A stretch of DNA of 63,716 bases, filler included, from Reticulomyxa filosa (lineage: Eukaryota > Protista > Foraminifera), in the NCBI GenBank assembly GCA_000512085.1. It is 19 parts of 19 records of this genome, joined end to end, with 100 filler letters (N's around TTAATTAATTAA, not from the genome) between each part and the next. Parts side by side here need not be neighbours in the genome. Positions count along the whole stretch, not along the records: positions 48,940 to 58,210 come from ASPP01006341.1; positions 58,311 to 61,046 come from ASPP01006049.1; positions 61,147 to 62,581 come from ASPP01009203.1; 16 more parts are not named here. The stretch is one strand, 5' to 3'. A model generated the notes under the pieces. The model worked only from the letters and a program-made list of their open reading frames with translations. It was not told where the DNA came from and did no database searches. Positions within the stretch are counted from its first letter, which is position 1. Each line of letters begins with the position of its first letter. Positions 49,968 through 62,581 of the stretch are shown here, in pieces. The translations under genes and the position numbers were made by a program.

Positions 49968-50516
49968 ATGACTTTTCCGCTTAATTTAACTTTTGTTTAT
50001 GGTGTAATATTAGGTATAGTTTTTATGGACTTGCGAGTGGATCATCACTTCATTGGGGTCGAGTCTGCACGGTCGCTAAACGACTTGTCTCGTGGTTACG
50101 TGTATTATGCCGATATAAGCGCAAACGAAAGCATTTATTTTCAATTGGTCCTCCCATGTCTGATTGTGGTCAGTGGAGTATTCTTGATGAAGCTGTGGAT
50201 TGAAAAACGAACTCAAATCGAATTTTTTTTGGTATTCTTTAATGTTTTCATGGTTTATGTGTTCATTGGCTCTGTCATCCCTCAAATAACTAAACTAAAA
50301 AGTATGACATTAAAGAGCATAGCAGATAACACAAGTCAACAAGATGTAATGTTTAAAATTCTCAAAGACATTGCGTTATCTCATGTCCAAGTGTGCTTGG
50401 CTGCATTTTTTAGTTTACTAATTGTCCTTAAATCGTACTTAAATGACTCTTCCACCGAACAGATTGAACAGGAGGAAATAGAAGAAAAGAAAGAAAATGA
50501 CAAAAAAACAAAATAA
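49968..50516 (+). CDS. Four-TM ER membrane protein, Shr3-like
   Basis: Intact 182-aa ORF with four hydrophobic segments and a charged tail ending in the KKTK dilysine ER-retrieval motif. Confidence 0.6.
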   Translation: MTFPLNLTFVYGVILGIVFMDLRVDHHFIGVESARSLNDLSRGYVYYADISANESIYFQLVLPCLIVVSGVFLMKLWIEKRTQIEFFLVFFNVFMVYVFIGSVIPQITKLKSMTLKSIADNTSQQDVMFKILKDIALSHVQVCLAAFFSLLIVLKSYLNDSSTEQIEQEEIEEKKENDKKTK

Positions 50517-50867
50517 AATTAGAAGGATAACGATTTTGATCAAAATTTGATTATCTAAAATGTTATCTTTTACATATTTTTTAAAAAAAGTATGGATAAC
50601 TTTAACATAAAAACAATCCCTTTCAAAAAAATTTCTTAGTTAACAATGGATATTCTCAATAAAAATTTCTTTAAATTTGTTCGTCAAATGATCTGTAAAT
50701 TAATGCCTTGTTGCGAATTACCTTAGGAGGCGGAACGTTTGAAAAAAGCCTCCGAATTGGGATAGTGCTATTACAAACTGAAAACTCAAGGTCTACACGC
50801 TTTTGTGTTTTCCTTTTTTTTTAAGTAAAGATCCTTTCAAGGTGACATCTCTAATCATCAAAAAAAA

Positions 50868-52060
50868 ATGTCCGGTGTTGAACCAGCAGATGAATTAGCC
50901 CAGTGTGGTGAGATATTGAAAGATCTGCAAAGTAAACCTGAAGCAGAACCTTTTCTAGAACCAGTAGATTGGAGGGCTCTCAAGTTACCTGATTACCCCC
51001 AAATAATTAAAAATCCAATGGACTTAGGAACGATTGCGAGCAAATTAGGCCACAGTGAATACAAAGATTCCTATGCTTTTGCTGAGGACGTAAGGTTGGT
51101 ATGGAGAAATGCAAAGCGTTACAATACTCCTGGGAGTGGAATTTACGTGGTTGCCGAAGTTAATTTGCACATTCACTCAATCCGCTATCTTTTCAATTTA
51201 TGAATATTCTAACATCAAAAATGACTTAAACATATTTTGATAATAAAACATTTAAATAGAATTTAGCCAAAATCTTTGAACGAAAGTTTGCAAGAATAAA
51301 AAAGGTTGATACTGGACGAAGGTAGTCTTTTTTTTTTTAATCTTCCCTTTTTAATAGTGATTTTTTCCACAATTTTCGGTGCTCATATGCGGTTTTTCGT
51401 GCCACATTTTGTTATCCATTTTTTTGTTTTCTCCCAGGAAAGAAAATAGCCTTTTATTTTGCATATGTGTGTAATGACAACAATAAATCACACTGCCCAA
51501 GGAACAAAAGAGAAACAAAAAAACTTTCCTCAAACGCTTGGACACATACAAAAAAAAAAATGGAAATAAATAGAAAACTTCCAGACAAAGTGAAAGGCAA
51601 AGAAAGCACACATGCAGACCGTGTGAAATTCACCGAATTGATTAAAAAAATAAACAGTGATCAGTTGGGTAAAGTAGTGGAAATAATAGACAAAAAATGC
51701 CCTGCGGCATTGAATTCTTTGGAAAATGAAGAAGATATTGAAATTGAAGTGTATCACATTGATGCTGACACTCTCCATCAATTGATCGACTATTGCACAA
51801 AGTGTGTTCATAAACTTGATAGAAATGCAACAACCCCCATAGTTGATCATACTCGTGGACAAAGTACAACAGAGCAAAATATCAATCCTGTTGATCCTGC
51901 TAACAATGAGACCAATATCACTAACACAGAGGGGGTCGAGACTACTGACACTGGCACTGCCAATTTCGAAAAAAATGACAATGACTTGCTTCCCAACACT
52001 GGACAACCTCAAAGTAATTGTGATGACAAAACCATTGCCAATCCATCACAACCAAACTAA
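50868..52060 (+). CDS. Bromodomain + extra-terminal (ET/NET) domain protein, BET/GTE family
   Basis: AEPFLEPVDWRALKLPDYPQIIKNPMDLGTI..FAEDVRLVWRNAKRYN, and an ET domain DQLGKVVEII...EEDIEIEVYHIDADTLHQL. Exons 50868-51158, 51260-51321 and ~51574-52060. Confidence 0.93.
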
Positions 52061-52520
52061 ATTGTCTAGGAAAAAACTCGTAGATTACCTTGTTAGTTTT
52101 CCCTTCTTCGTCTTGTGCCATCACAAACTTCGAAAGGGGATTGAAAATACTGTTTTCCTATTTCACACTATTGTTATTTAAATCGTTTTGAGACAATCAC
52201 AATGACTTGACTTTGTTGTGAATCTTAATTTGATATCTTGATTTGATCCAATAGAGAGTTGGAGTTTGCTTGAGACACAAAAGAATTTTTCAAATTACAA
52301 TCAATTTTAAGTTCAATCATTTTAATTTTTCATTCTTCTCGTGAAAAGTTTGTGAGGAGAAAAATAAGATATTTTATTCTTGTATTTTGCAAAGTTTTTA
52401 TTCACCACTCCACGTAGGTTTGACCAAAGTGAAGCTGTGACTTGTTATACTTAACATAAAAAAAAAAAATGTCTTACTTAAAAAAACAAAAAACAATGTG
52501 AGAGTGACCCCAATGTTTTT

Positions 52521-54461
52521 TTATTCGTTATCTTTCCATTCATCATCTACTCCTTGGTTGTCAGCACTGTCGTCGTCTTGCCAATTCATGATTGTTGACA
52601 TGTGTCTTAACGTATGTATGGCAAGGCCAGTACTATTGTTTTCTTTTGTTACTTCCCCATATTCGATTTTATCAGAGCTTCTATTTTCTTCAAGTTTTTT
52701 CTCTACAGCATCAGTGGCCAAAGTGGGCACCTTAATTTCGCTTTCAGTGATGCCTCGCATTAATTTGTTTCTTTGTGCCAGTTTTGCTTTTAAATGATCC
52801 ATCAATCCAACTTTTTCAGGCTCTTTTGCTTTTGGTTTCTCTTGACTTCGTGCACTTTTATTAACTGTTTTCAGTTTTTTTGGATTTCGAATTTCATCCA
52901 ACATGGCCGATCTTCCTACTTTATTTGTTTATTTGTAATGTTTATTTGCAATGTTTATTTGTATTCAAAAAAACGAGAAAATCACTCAATAACAACAATA
53001 CCTTCTTTTTTCTTGGTAAGTGGCGCAGCAGGTGCTGGTTTTGGTGCAACCTCTTCTGGAGATGCTTCTTTTGGTGGTGCTACAGGAGCGGATGTTGGCT
53101 GTTGTTGTTGTGGTTGTGATTGGGACTGTACTTGTGGTTGCTGTTGCGGCGGTTGTTGCTGTGGGGGTGGAGGAGGTGGAGTCAAGAGCTTTGGAGGAGC
53201 GGGAGGTGGGCCTGCAAAGTCATCTGCAAACGCGACATCAGGCAAAGGCCCTAAATCAGGCAAGGCTCCAAATTGAACAGCAGACGGAGCAATTTTTCGC
53301 TGACTGGAGGTACCCATCTGAAAATTGACATCCAAAGCCACTCCAGATAACCCAGGAACAACTCGACCGATTTGAAATCTGTCATTGGATTGTTATGTGT
53401 TATATTCGGATTTATTTAGCAAAAATACGAGAGAAGAAGGAGAGAGTGCCAGACAAAAAAAGCTATTTTGAACTAACTCGGGGGCTTTGTCCATGTGAGG
53501 TTCGTATCGAAGATCAAAAGCTTTGTGATCCATAAGCGATATTTTTTTGCCAATGCTCGGGGGTTGTGGTTGTACTGGTACATTTGTGTCTTCTTTTCGT
53601 TTTTCTTTTGCTTCTTCGCCTTCTAATATATCACGCAATTGATATCTCACATATGGGTTCTGTACGTGCACATAATGTTTCAACTTTACCTCTTTATCGC
53701 AATACAATCGTTTTCAAAAAGGAAAAAAACCCAAACAAAAATTAATACCTCATCGTTGTTGAACAACAGACAATCGGATACGGAAGTGAGCCACTGAGGT
53801 AATTGTCCTAATCCTTCCTAGATTTTTTTTGTAATGAACACGTATAATAAAGGTTCAAACCAATAATAAGTCTTCCTTTTTTTTAAATGTGTAATATAAC
53901 AACATATTTGAATATCATTGGCTTAACTGGTTTATTTTCGCTCTTCTTTGTTGTTCTTTGTGTAATGGAATGAAACAAGTGCAATGTATCTTTGTATTGT
54001 GGTTGCTCCAACTAATATTATAAATTCACATTATGTAACTCTTTTGGCAAAAATAAAAAAATTTTGTTTGAAAGGATATGTTAAAACTTAACTCTTTGCT
54101 TGACTGACAGTTTATATTTTGGCCGTTCGGGCCCGGTTGGATTTTCAATCATTGTTACCAAAGGCTCGTCTTTTGGTCTTTCTTTTTGTGGATAAGTCTC
54201 TTGCGAAAACACTGTTGTTGCCTTGCTTGGATACTTTGCGATCAATTCCGATTTTTTTTGGCACGTTTCCACACGTTTGGTGATCGATTTAATTTTATTT
54301 CTCTCCAAATTACATTGGTTTGAAATAACCGTTAACGTGTCATCCATTACTTTGCACAAAAAGTTCATGTTGTCAATCATCTGATTCAGCGTCTCCGCTG
54401 GAGATAAATTTTGAAGCGCTAATGGCAACGAATATTGCCTTGTTTTCAACGTTGAGGTCAT
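52521..54461 (-). CDS. WASH1: WASH complex subunit 1 (WASH1)
   Basis: WAHD domain (YSLPL..LSPAETLNQM...KATTVFSQETYP; GLGQLP..SVSDCLLFN), poly-proline, WH2 (RSAMLDEIRNPKKLKTV), C helix (LMDHLKAKLAQR) and acidic DDEW tail. Confidence 0.92.
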
Positions 54462-54654
54462 TTTGGAAAGTTATGCTGATAAATAAAGATGACTGAAAAA
54501 TGGTATCCTTTTTTTGTTTTGCTTGAAAGTTTGGCGTTTCCGTTCCAAAAAAAACATGCCATGCCAACGCGAAGTAATGAGGTTCTTAAAACAACACAAA
54601 ACTAGTAAACGCAAATTAAAATGATATTCTTCCTCTTTTTTTTAAATGATATGA

Positions 54655-57600
54655 TTACCATGCTGTGGCTTGAACTAGCCAACCATGCTCATTTTTGCGC
54701 ATAATACCTTTTCGTACTTCGTCGTACGCAAGAATTAACAATGCAAACGGCAAACCCGCCAACCACCAAACAAAGCGAACAGGACGCGTTGAAAAAATGG
54801 TATTGCAAAAAGGGACATAACTCAGCATTCCTGCCATGATGGTTTCACATAATATTGAATAATTCATAAATCCATTTCTTTTTTTATATTCACGTTTGTT
54901 GAATGTAAATAATTATTTTAATTTTTAAGTATAAATTTTGTATAGTTCCCTTTTTTAGATAACATATACATATAATATAAATATAAGTAAATGTTTTTCT
55001 TAAACATACTCCATTCCTTGTTCGAATAAAGAACGTGTTCTGCTCTTGCAAATCAGTAAGTTGGCCCATTGTTGAGTGACAATGGAAATGAAGAAAGCAG
55101 TTTGTGCCTGTATCAGCACTTCGTTGCGATCCATGGCTTGCATTGGGAACAAGGAAAACTTGGAACCTTTTTTTGTGCGTGTTTTTTCGGCATTTCCATC
55201 ACAGTAAGCAAATTCTTTTCCGGAAAAGTCTTTTTTCCAGCAGGGACGACTGGGATAGAGATTGGAGGTAAAGAGGTGTTTTTGCAAATCTTCAAAAAAC
55301 CCGCCATTCCAAGCAGTTTGAAAGACAGTCCAATTACCAGTTTGAATGGCTGATTGAATTGCGGCGCCTTGATTCAAGTTAGTTTGGCTTTGTAAGAATG
55401 AGCGACCTCTTTTCGCAAAACCATGAGAATCAGTTAACCAACTTTTGAAATCGGACTCACCGTTAAAAGATACGTCAGAGGACGAGGCGTAATCTTGATG
55501 GAGTTGTGTTTGACCAAAGTCGGGCAAAAATGCGCAGTAGTAGTTAAACGATTTCATGAAACTGGGTTCAAAGCAATAAAGCCAGTACGAGTTGGTTCGC
55601 AATGAGGAAGGCGCATATTCGAATACGAGATCGGTGTCAAGCCATAGCAAAAACTCGGGACGGAGTCCAAAGGCGGCCAGAACCACAAAGTATGTATACA
55701 TGCCTCCCAACGATTCCAAGATACCCATCTGGCCGTAGGCAAATCCCATGAGTCGCCACTGGACGAGTTTATCTTTTTGTGCATTTCTCGGTTGACGACG
55801 CATAATGTCAGCCTCTTTGGTCTCAAAGGCCATGGAAATGGCAGGAGCAATATCAGTGCCTAAATCGACCATAAGCATCATGACTGTTGTTAAAGGTAAA
55901 GGAATGCCAATCATTTGTGTCAATAAGTAGGGGACCAATTCAGGGATGTTGGAGGCCAACACGTAGGCAATGGATTTCTTCAGATTATCAAAGATGATAC
56001 GTCCCTGTTCAATGCCATTGACAATTGACGCAAAGTTATCATCTAGCAAAATCATGTCGGCTGCGTCTTTGGCCACCTCCGTGCCTGTTTTGCCCATGGC
56101 GATACCAATGTCTGCCTTTTTCAAGGCCGGTGAGTCATTCACACCATCTCCCGTCACAGCGACAATGCCACCACGATCTTGGCAGGCAGAGACGATTAAT
56201 AGCTTTTGCTGCGGCGATGTTCTGGCAAACACGATATTATTTTTGATTAGTGTGCGATTCCAAAAATCGGCAATGGACTGTGCGTCTTTGTCCAGCTCTT
56301 CTTGCAACTCCCAGCCGGGCACGACCACGGCGTCATACTCGCTGTCTTTCACCATGGTCTTATTTCCGCCGTACTTTTCTTTGGCCACGTCGTCCAATGT
56401 TCGGCTTCCTGTTCCCAAAATGCCTACTTTTTCCGCAATGGCTTTGGCCGTCACGGGATGGTCTCCTGTCACCATGATCACTTTGATACCTGCTGACTGG
56501 CACTTGGCCACGGCCTCGGGCACGCCGGGACGTGGTGGGTCGATCATGGCCATGAGGCCGACAAACACAAGTCCTTGTTCTTGTTCATTTCGATGGAACG
56601 GGAAGTTGAGATCGTCTTCTTTCGTTCCAGAAAACTTGTAAGGGCCTTGTCGAATGTGGAATACGCTTCCTTGTTGGCATTGCAATTCTGCAAAGGACAA
56701 TTCGTCATCCAATACTTGCATGCGCTTTCCATACATAACACGTTGCATAGCAACAGGCACATGGATCGCGTCTGCCGCACATTGCTTGAGATGCTTCACT
56801 TGCAACTGCTCCCATGTATAAGGCTGATTCGTTGTTGCATTCGTCCCGCTCACTGCAATTATGTGTTTCTTGTCATTCCATTCGATTACCACACTCTCAT
56901 TGGTCACGTTCTGATCCACTTCCTCGTCGAACAGTTCCGGAACAGGTTCCTCGATATTCAAATTATATTCATCACTTTCCAGTACCATTTCCGCCATTGC
57001 CAATACTCGTTGTCCACGGCTTCCCAGCGACAGCACCATATCCAACACCGACTGTTGCACTTTTTCCGTCATTTTTTGTTTTTCTCCGTTCAGCCAATAG
57101 CGATCGCAAAATGTGAGTATACGTTCGGGCGCACCTTTCATTTGCACCAACGCAACTTTTCGAGCGCGTTGCCTTGCCAACATATCTGATTGGGGAATCT
57201 TTTGCTCTTCGTCGACTTTGGATTCTACATCACCGTCAATGACAAAGTTCATAGGTAACTCGTGAACGGAGATCTGCCATTTGTTTGCACTGTTGAAAGG
57301 GATTTCGTGCAGCTTGAAATGCGTTTTGCGATAATGTGCAATGGTGGTGGCATACGTAGCATTGATATGTCCAAATGCAAATTTCACCATTGCCGCTTCG
57401 GTCGCATTTGCAGTCTTATCGATTTCATCTCCGATAAATTCCGCATTGTTGCACACCGCAGCACAGCGAACCAATCGCAAAAAATCAGGTCTTCGCACTT
57501 TTGTCTTGTGGATGGTTTCGTCGTAAAAATCGCCTTCAATGGCCTGCAATGGAGACGCAGTATCGCACTCACGTTCTTTCATATCAATAACTACATGCAT

Positions 57601-58128
57601 ACAAGTCATCACGTTCGTCGTCAATGTCCCGGTTTTGTCTGAACATATCACCGACGTTGATCCCAATGTTTCCACAGATTCCAAATTTTTCACTTGCACA
57701 TTTTTTTCCAACATTCGATTGGCCGTCACTGTCAGAGATACTGTCACTTCTGCCAACAATCCCTCGGGCACATTGGCAACAATGATTCCAATCAACCATA
57801 CCACGTTGACGAGCCAGTTCGGGTTGGTTGCCATTCCCAAAATGAAGAAAAAGATTCCCAATGCGAATGCGATCAGTGATATTTTGAAACAAAAGTCTTT
57901 GATTTCCACAGCGATGGGTGTCGGCTGTGAACCCGTGGCAGCAGCAGCCTGGGCTGTCTGTCCCATAAATGTTTCATCTCCAATGCTAATCACGAGACCC
58001 ATTCCCTTTCCACGGACCAACAGCGTACCAAAGAATGCCAAGTTTGCCGCTTCTGCCGGAACTTTGTTCGATTTGCGCCAATCGCGTTTTTGTGGTTCTG
58101 TCTCTCCAGTCAATGACGAATTGTCCAC
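54655..58128 (-). CDS. P-type ATPase subfamily IIC (Na+/K+- or H+/K+-ATPase alpha-like), 5' truncated
   Basis: VDNSSLTGE, VANVPEGLL, ICSDKTGTLT, KGAPE, DPPR, MVTGDHP, TGDGVNDSPALKKAD, DNLKKSIAY..SNIPE, DLGTD, ICKSR. Last exon ~54655-54875 with YDEVRK. Confidence 0.97.
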
Positions 58129-58310
58129 CTTTCAATCCGCAATTTTTAGATCCAAACAAACACAATTTTTTTTTTTTTTTAAATGTGGGTCACTGTTGCA
58201 AAAAAAAAAANNNNNNNNNNNNNNNNNNNNNNNNNNNNNNNNNNNNNNNNNNNNTTAATTAATTAANNNNNNNNNNNNNNNNNNNNNNNNNNNNNNNNNN
58301 NNNNNNNNNN

Positions 58311-59681
58311 AAGAAGGCAGAGATGCACTATCGCAAAGCGATGGAGCTGCGACCCGATGACGTCACCTCCTACAATGACTGCGCGATCATGCTCGTTCGG
58401 CTACGTCGGTCGATGGAAGCCAAGGAATTGTATGAAAAAGTCTTGGAACTAAAGCAAGATCACGCCATTGCCCATTTCAATTTGGCTAATTTGTTGCGAA
58501 AAGATTTAAAAGATTACAAATCTGCCGAAACGTATGTTATTATAACATATGCATATATGTATATATGTATATATGTATATTTTTTTTTTTTTTTTAAAAT
58601 TGTGATAAATGATTTGCATATAGCGTGATGTGGGTTTGGTTTAATATGTACATTTTTTTTTTTTTTTTGGGGGGGGGGGGGGGGAGGGGGGGAACACAAA
58701 TTGCTCAAAAATTCTTTGTTTTTCTCGTGGTTATATCATGACAGCCATTTTTTGAAATCGATCAAACAAAAACCCAAGTTCACGGCAGCGTTGAATAATT
58801 ATGCCACCATGCTGCATCACCAATTGAAACGCTACAAAGATGCGGAATACTATTATCTGCAAGCCATTTGCGTCGATCCGCAATATTCCAGGGCCCATTT
58901 CAACTACGCCAATTTGTGTCGCGAGCATTTAGTCAAGTTTGAAACCGCTCAAGAACACTATCTCATCGCACTCGAAACTGATGAAAACAACCCCAACTTT
59001 CACAACAACTACGGCTTGCTTTTGCAATACTCACTTAAAAACTATCGCGAGGCTAAAACACAGTATGAGGAAGGTAATTTATTGCAATGATATTTTTTGA
59101 ACTAATTTTTGATTTGTTGTAATTTTTTTTTTTTTTTTTTTTTAAATTAAAAAAATAAAAAATAAAAAAAAGCGCTTCGATTGGATCCTGCACACGCGTT
59201 GGGCCATTGCAATTATGCCACAATATTAATGCAAATGGTCGACAAAAAATACAATCCTAACATGGACGACTTGTCCGACCCTGACGAAGACTCACAGCCC
59301 AGAAAAATATCAGCGAAAAAACGAGAATTGTATTTGCAAAAATCGGAAAAGCATTTCAAACAATCGATTCAACTTAATTCACAGTTGGTTATGGCATATA
59401 ACAACTATGGTTGTTTGCTACGACGTTTGGAGAGGTACGACGATGCAATCAAAATGTTTGAGAAGGCACTGACAATTGATCCAAAATTTGTAATGGCTAA
59501 GAGAAACCTTAGGAAAACGCATGAATTAAATGGTACCATACCACCTAAGTCTACTTCTACTGCAAATGAAAATGTTTCTCCTCCTGCCAATCCAAACTCA
59601 AATTCTACTTCAAAGATAACACGAAACGTAAATGAGTCTGAAAGAAATGTAGAAAAAAACGAAAATTGTTCTGTGATGTGA
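58311..59681 (+). CDS. Tetratricopeptide-repeat protein (partial), ending in CSVM
   Basis: Repeated A..N.A/G..L...A...Y.KAL...P motifs over three exons (58323-58532, ~58745-59072, ~59173-59681). Confidence 0.92.
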
Positions 59682-60414
59682 TGTGTTTGTGTGATAGACG
59701 CAATCAGCTCTCTCTTCTCTTTTCTGTTACTTTGTGTCGATCAATATTGTTAAGTTTTTAAATGACTTTTTTTTGTAGTCATGCTAATAATAAAGTTGCG
59801 ACGTTTTGTCCCGGTGGGTTATTTTAACTCATTAATTATTGATTGACTTTCCACCAAGAGCCGTTCCTTCTTTTCCTCTTGTCAATCTGTGTTGAAGTGA
59901 CTCTTTGGCATTTTTTTAAAATTCTTCAACGTTTTTTTATTTTAATTTTTTTTTTTGTAAGCTCATACCTTGGCCAGTAAAAAGGTTTTTCTAATGGCCA
60001 CTCAAACTTGGTGAGTTTGATTGCTTCCATATTATTTTCTTTTTTTTTCTTTTGATGAGCAGTGCTTTTTTCAAAGTTTTACTTATGTAATGGAATTTGT
60101 CTTTTTTATAAAAAAGAAAGCAATGACAAGAAAAGTAAACCAAAGCAACTCGGTTTTGCCTATTGGCGAGGCCTCAATATGAAAATTTGACTGTTTTGGT
60201 TCAAATTCATATACTTATTTTTAGTTGTATTCGCAGCTAGAATAATTCTTTAATGTATCAATTAAATTGAAGGAGGTAAAATCGTTGCTTTACAAGTCAA
60301 CAGTAACTCGAGTTTTTATTGAGGTAAATCAAATTTGCAGATCAACCAACAGCAAGACTCAAATGAGGTTTTCTCTGACTTCAACATCCAAAAAAAAAAA
60401 ATAAACGACAAGAT

Positions 60415-60880
60415 TCAACTTTGTTGATTTGGCTGAATCGGTCCATCCCACCAATCAGTCCTATAAATTTCTTTGGGATTGTTAAGATTGCATTGCCAAC
60501 ATTGCCACTCTTTGCCGGGCCCTAAATAGACCCTTTGACCTCGTGGAGGAATTTTGGTATTGAAATACTCATCAATTTCAAAATCGACTTGTTCTTTGTC
60601 ATAAATGAAAGTGCGTGGACGTGGTGGTAAGGGAATATCACTCCAATTTTTGGGCTGATTGTAAGTGGCCTGCAAAATGGGATACCAGAGTTTGGCATCA
60701 CCCAAGTACTTGTAATTGTGCGCGCAAACAATATAAGGCGAGCAACATTCTTTCCCCTGTTTCACCTGTGGAGGTTTAAATTTCCAGTACCATGTATCTT
60801 CCCGAATAATTTTGACATGGTCGTCAGGTCGAAAGATTAAGAAGCGTTCTCTTAGTTCATGATCCAACGTATTACCTTCA
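60415..60880 (-). CDS. Core-1 beta-1,3-galactosyltransferase (C1GALT1/GT31)-like, last exon
   Basis: GNTLDHELRERFLIFRPDDH...WYWKF...GKECCSPYIVCAHNY resembles C1GALT1 GDSRD..GKETFHPF.PEHH..WYW.Y....G..CCSD..VSFHY. Confidence 0.8.
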
Positions 60881-62034
60881 TATACACAAATGCATCTGAT
60901 GTAATTATGTGCAAAACAACTGCAAATGCACACCTCAGCAAACAGACAAAGATGGATAAAGTAAAAACAGTAATACATTGAATATGCATATGTATATGTA
61001 AAAAAAAAAAAAAAAGTGAGAAAAAAAAGGAGGGGAAAAAAAAAAANNNNNNNNNNNNNNNNNNNNNNNNNNNNNNNNNNNNNNNNNNNNTTAATTAATT
61101 AANNNNNNNNNNNNNNNNNNNNNNNNNNNNNNNNNNNNNNNNNNNNACCTTTTCTGTCGTTTGGTTGATCCCTCTGTCAAAAAAAAAAAAAAAAACAACA
61201 AATATATATATATATATGTATATATACAAATATATGTACATATATATATTTGTATATATACATGTATATATATTTGTTTTGTTTCGAGTAAGTAACGTTG
61301 TGGGATGCAGCGGCTATGTCTGCAAGACGGAAAGCTTCAATCAAAGACCAGTGGCTTTGGATATCTTTGAAACTTAGACTAGAATACTGTTCTGGGAAGT
61401 TGGCACTATATTGATATAACTCTTTTGGAGCGTCGGCATAACGTCCTTTTTGTTTTTGTGTGTTTGTGTTCGTATCTATTGCTATCTACTCACTTTTTGA
61501 TGAGTCCCGAGCAATCACTTGCTCTTGGCCTCATTGCAAACTTTTTCTTAAGTGCCACATATAGTCACTCCATTTTGTTTTCCTTTTCGTTTGTTTTGTT
61601 TTTACCAATGTCCTTTTTGAAGCTTGCGTCGAGTAGACTCAATTCTGCAGAAACATCACTATTACCAGAAACAACAAGAACAAAGCCAATGCGAAATACA
61701 CAAAGAGAAATTGTCGACATATATGCAAGACACACTTTGAATAGGACATCTCCCTCTTATTGCGATGTAGCCTTTTTTTTATAAAAAAAAAAACGACTCC
61801 TTTGAACACGCTCAAATATTGTCACAAAAATGATGTATCTCCAAACAGTACGAAGCAGTTTTTGACAAAAAGGTAACCTTAAAACGAGTAAAGAGCGGAT
61901 GGGGAAAAAAAAGCAACTTTTCCTGTTGAGTTCCGGTTTTGAAAAGTTTTTTGGCGAGCACATAAATTCAATAAAACTCTATCCTTCAGTGTCAGCCCCC
62001 CCCCCCGTAACGTTTGGGCTAGAATCTTGTCAAT

Positions 62035-62581
62035 ATGACCACCCCGAACTCTGATGAAAATAAAGAAACGCCAACAGTGGAAGACAGCACAAACGGTAAC
62101 GTTCCGAAGCCAGAGGTAGAAAAAGCGCCAGAGGAGAAGTCTCCAGTAGACAAAATAGAGGAACAATTCGAAAAGTGAAGTGTCTTTTTAAAAAAAAAGA
62201 GTTGAGGAAGGGTCAATTCAATTCAATTTAATAACTAAATAAATAAAAAAAAAAAACGGGGGGGGGGGGGGAATGAAACTATGGACCGTTGGGAAAAAAA
62301 AAAAAAAAAAAAAACGTTTAGATCGAAGGGGCAGCAAAGTTAATTCAACACGAGCCGACAATAGCGGAATTGAACGCACAGAGATATAAGCGATCGATTG
62401 AAAAGGCACGAGACAAATGCCCGATGAACGAGAAGCGTTACTTGCATCAAGTGCACTACGTGATGAACGACCGCAACGAGCAAGAGGCGTTCTTGGGATG
62501 GAGCGACGACATCCCAGCGACGCATGTGGGGCACGCAGTGAGCGTGATGAACAACAGCACTTTGAACTTCAAAGATCAGCC
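62035..62581 (+). CDS. Hypothetical protein, 5' exons
   Basis: MTTPNSDENKE...IEEQFEK, a homopolymer-rich intron, then IEGAAKLIQHEPTIAELNAQRYKR... running to the contig end. Confidence 0.45.

Noticed and set aside
55970-58258. Long + strand ORFs (55970-56641, 56575-57189, 57539-58258)
   Set aside because: They are antisense shadows of the P-type ATPase coding sequence.
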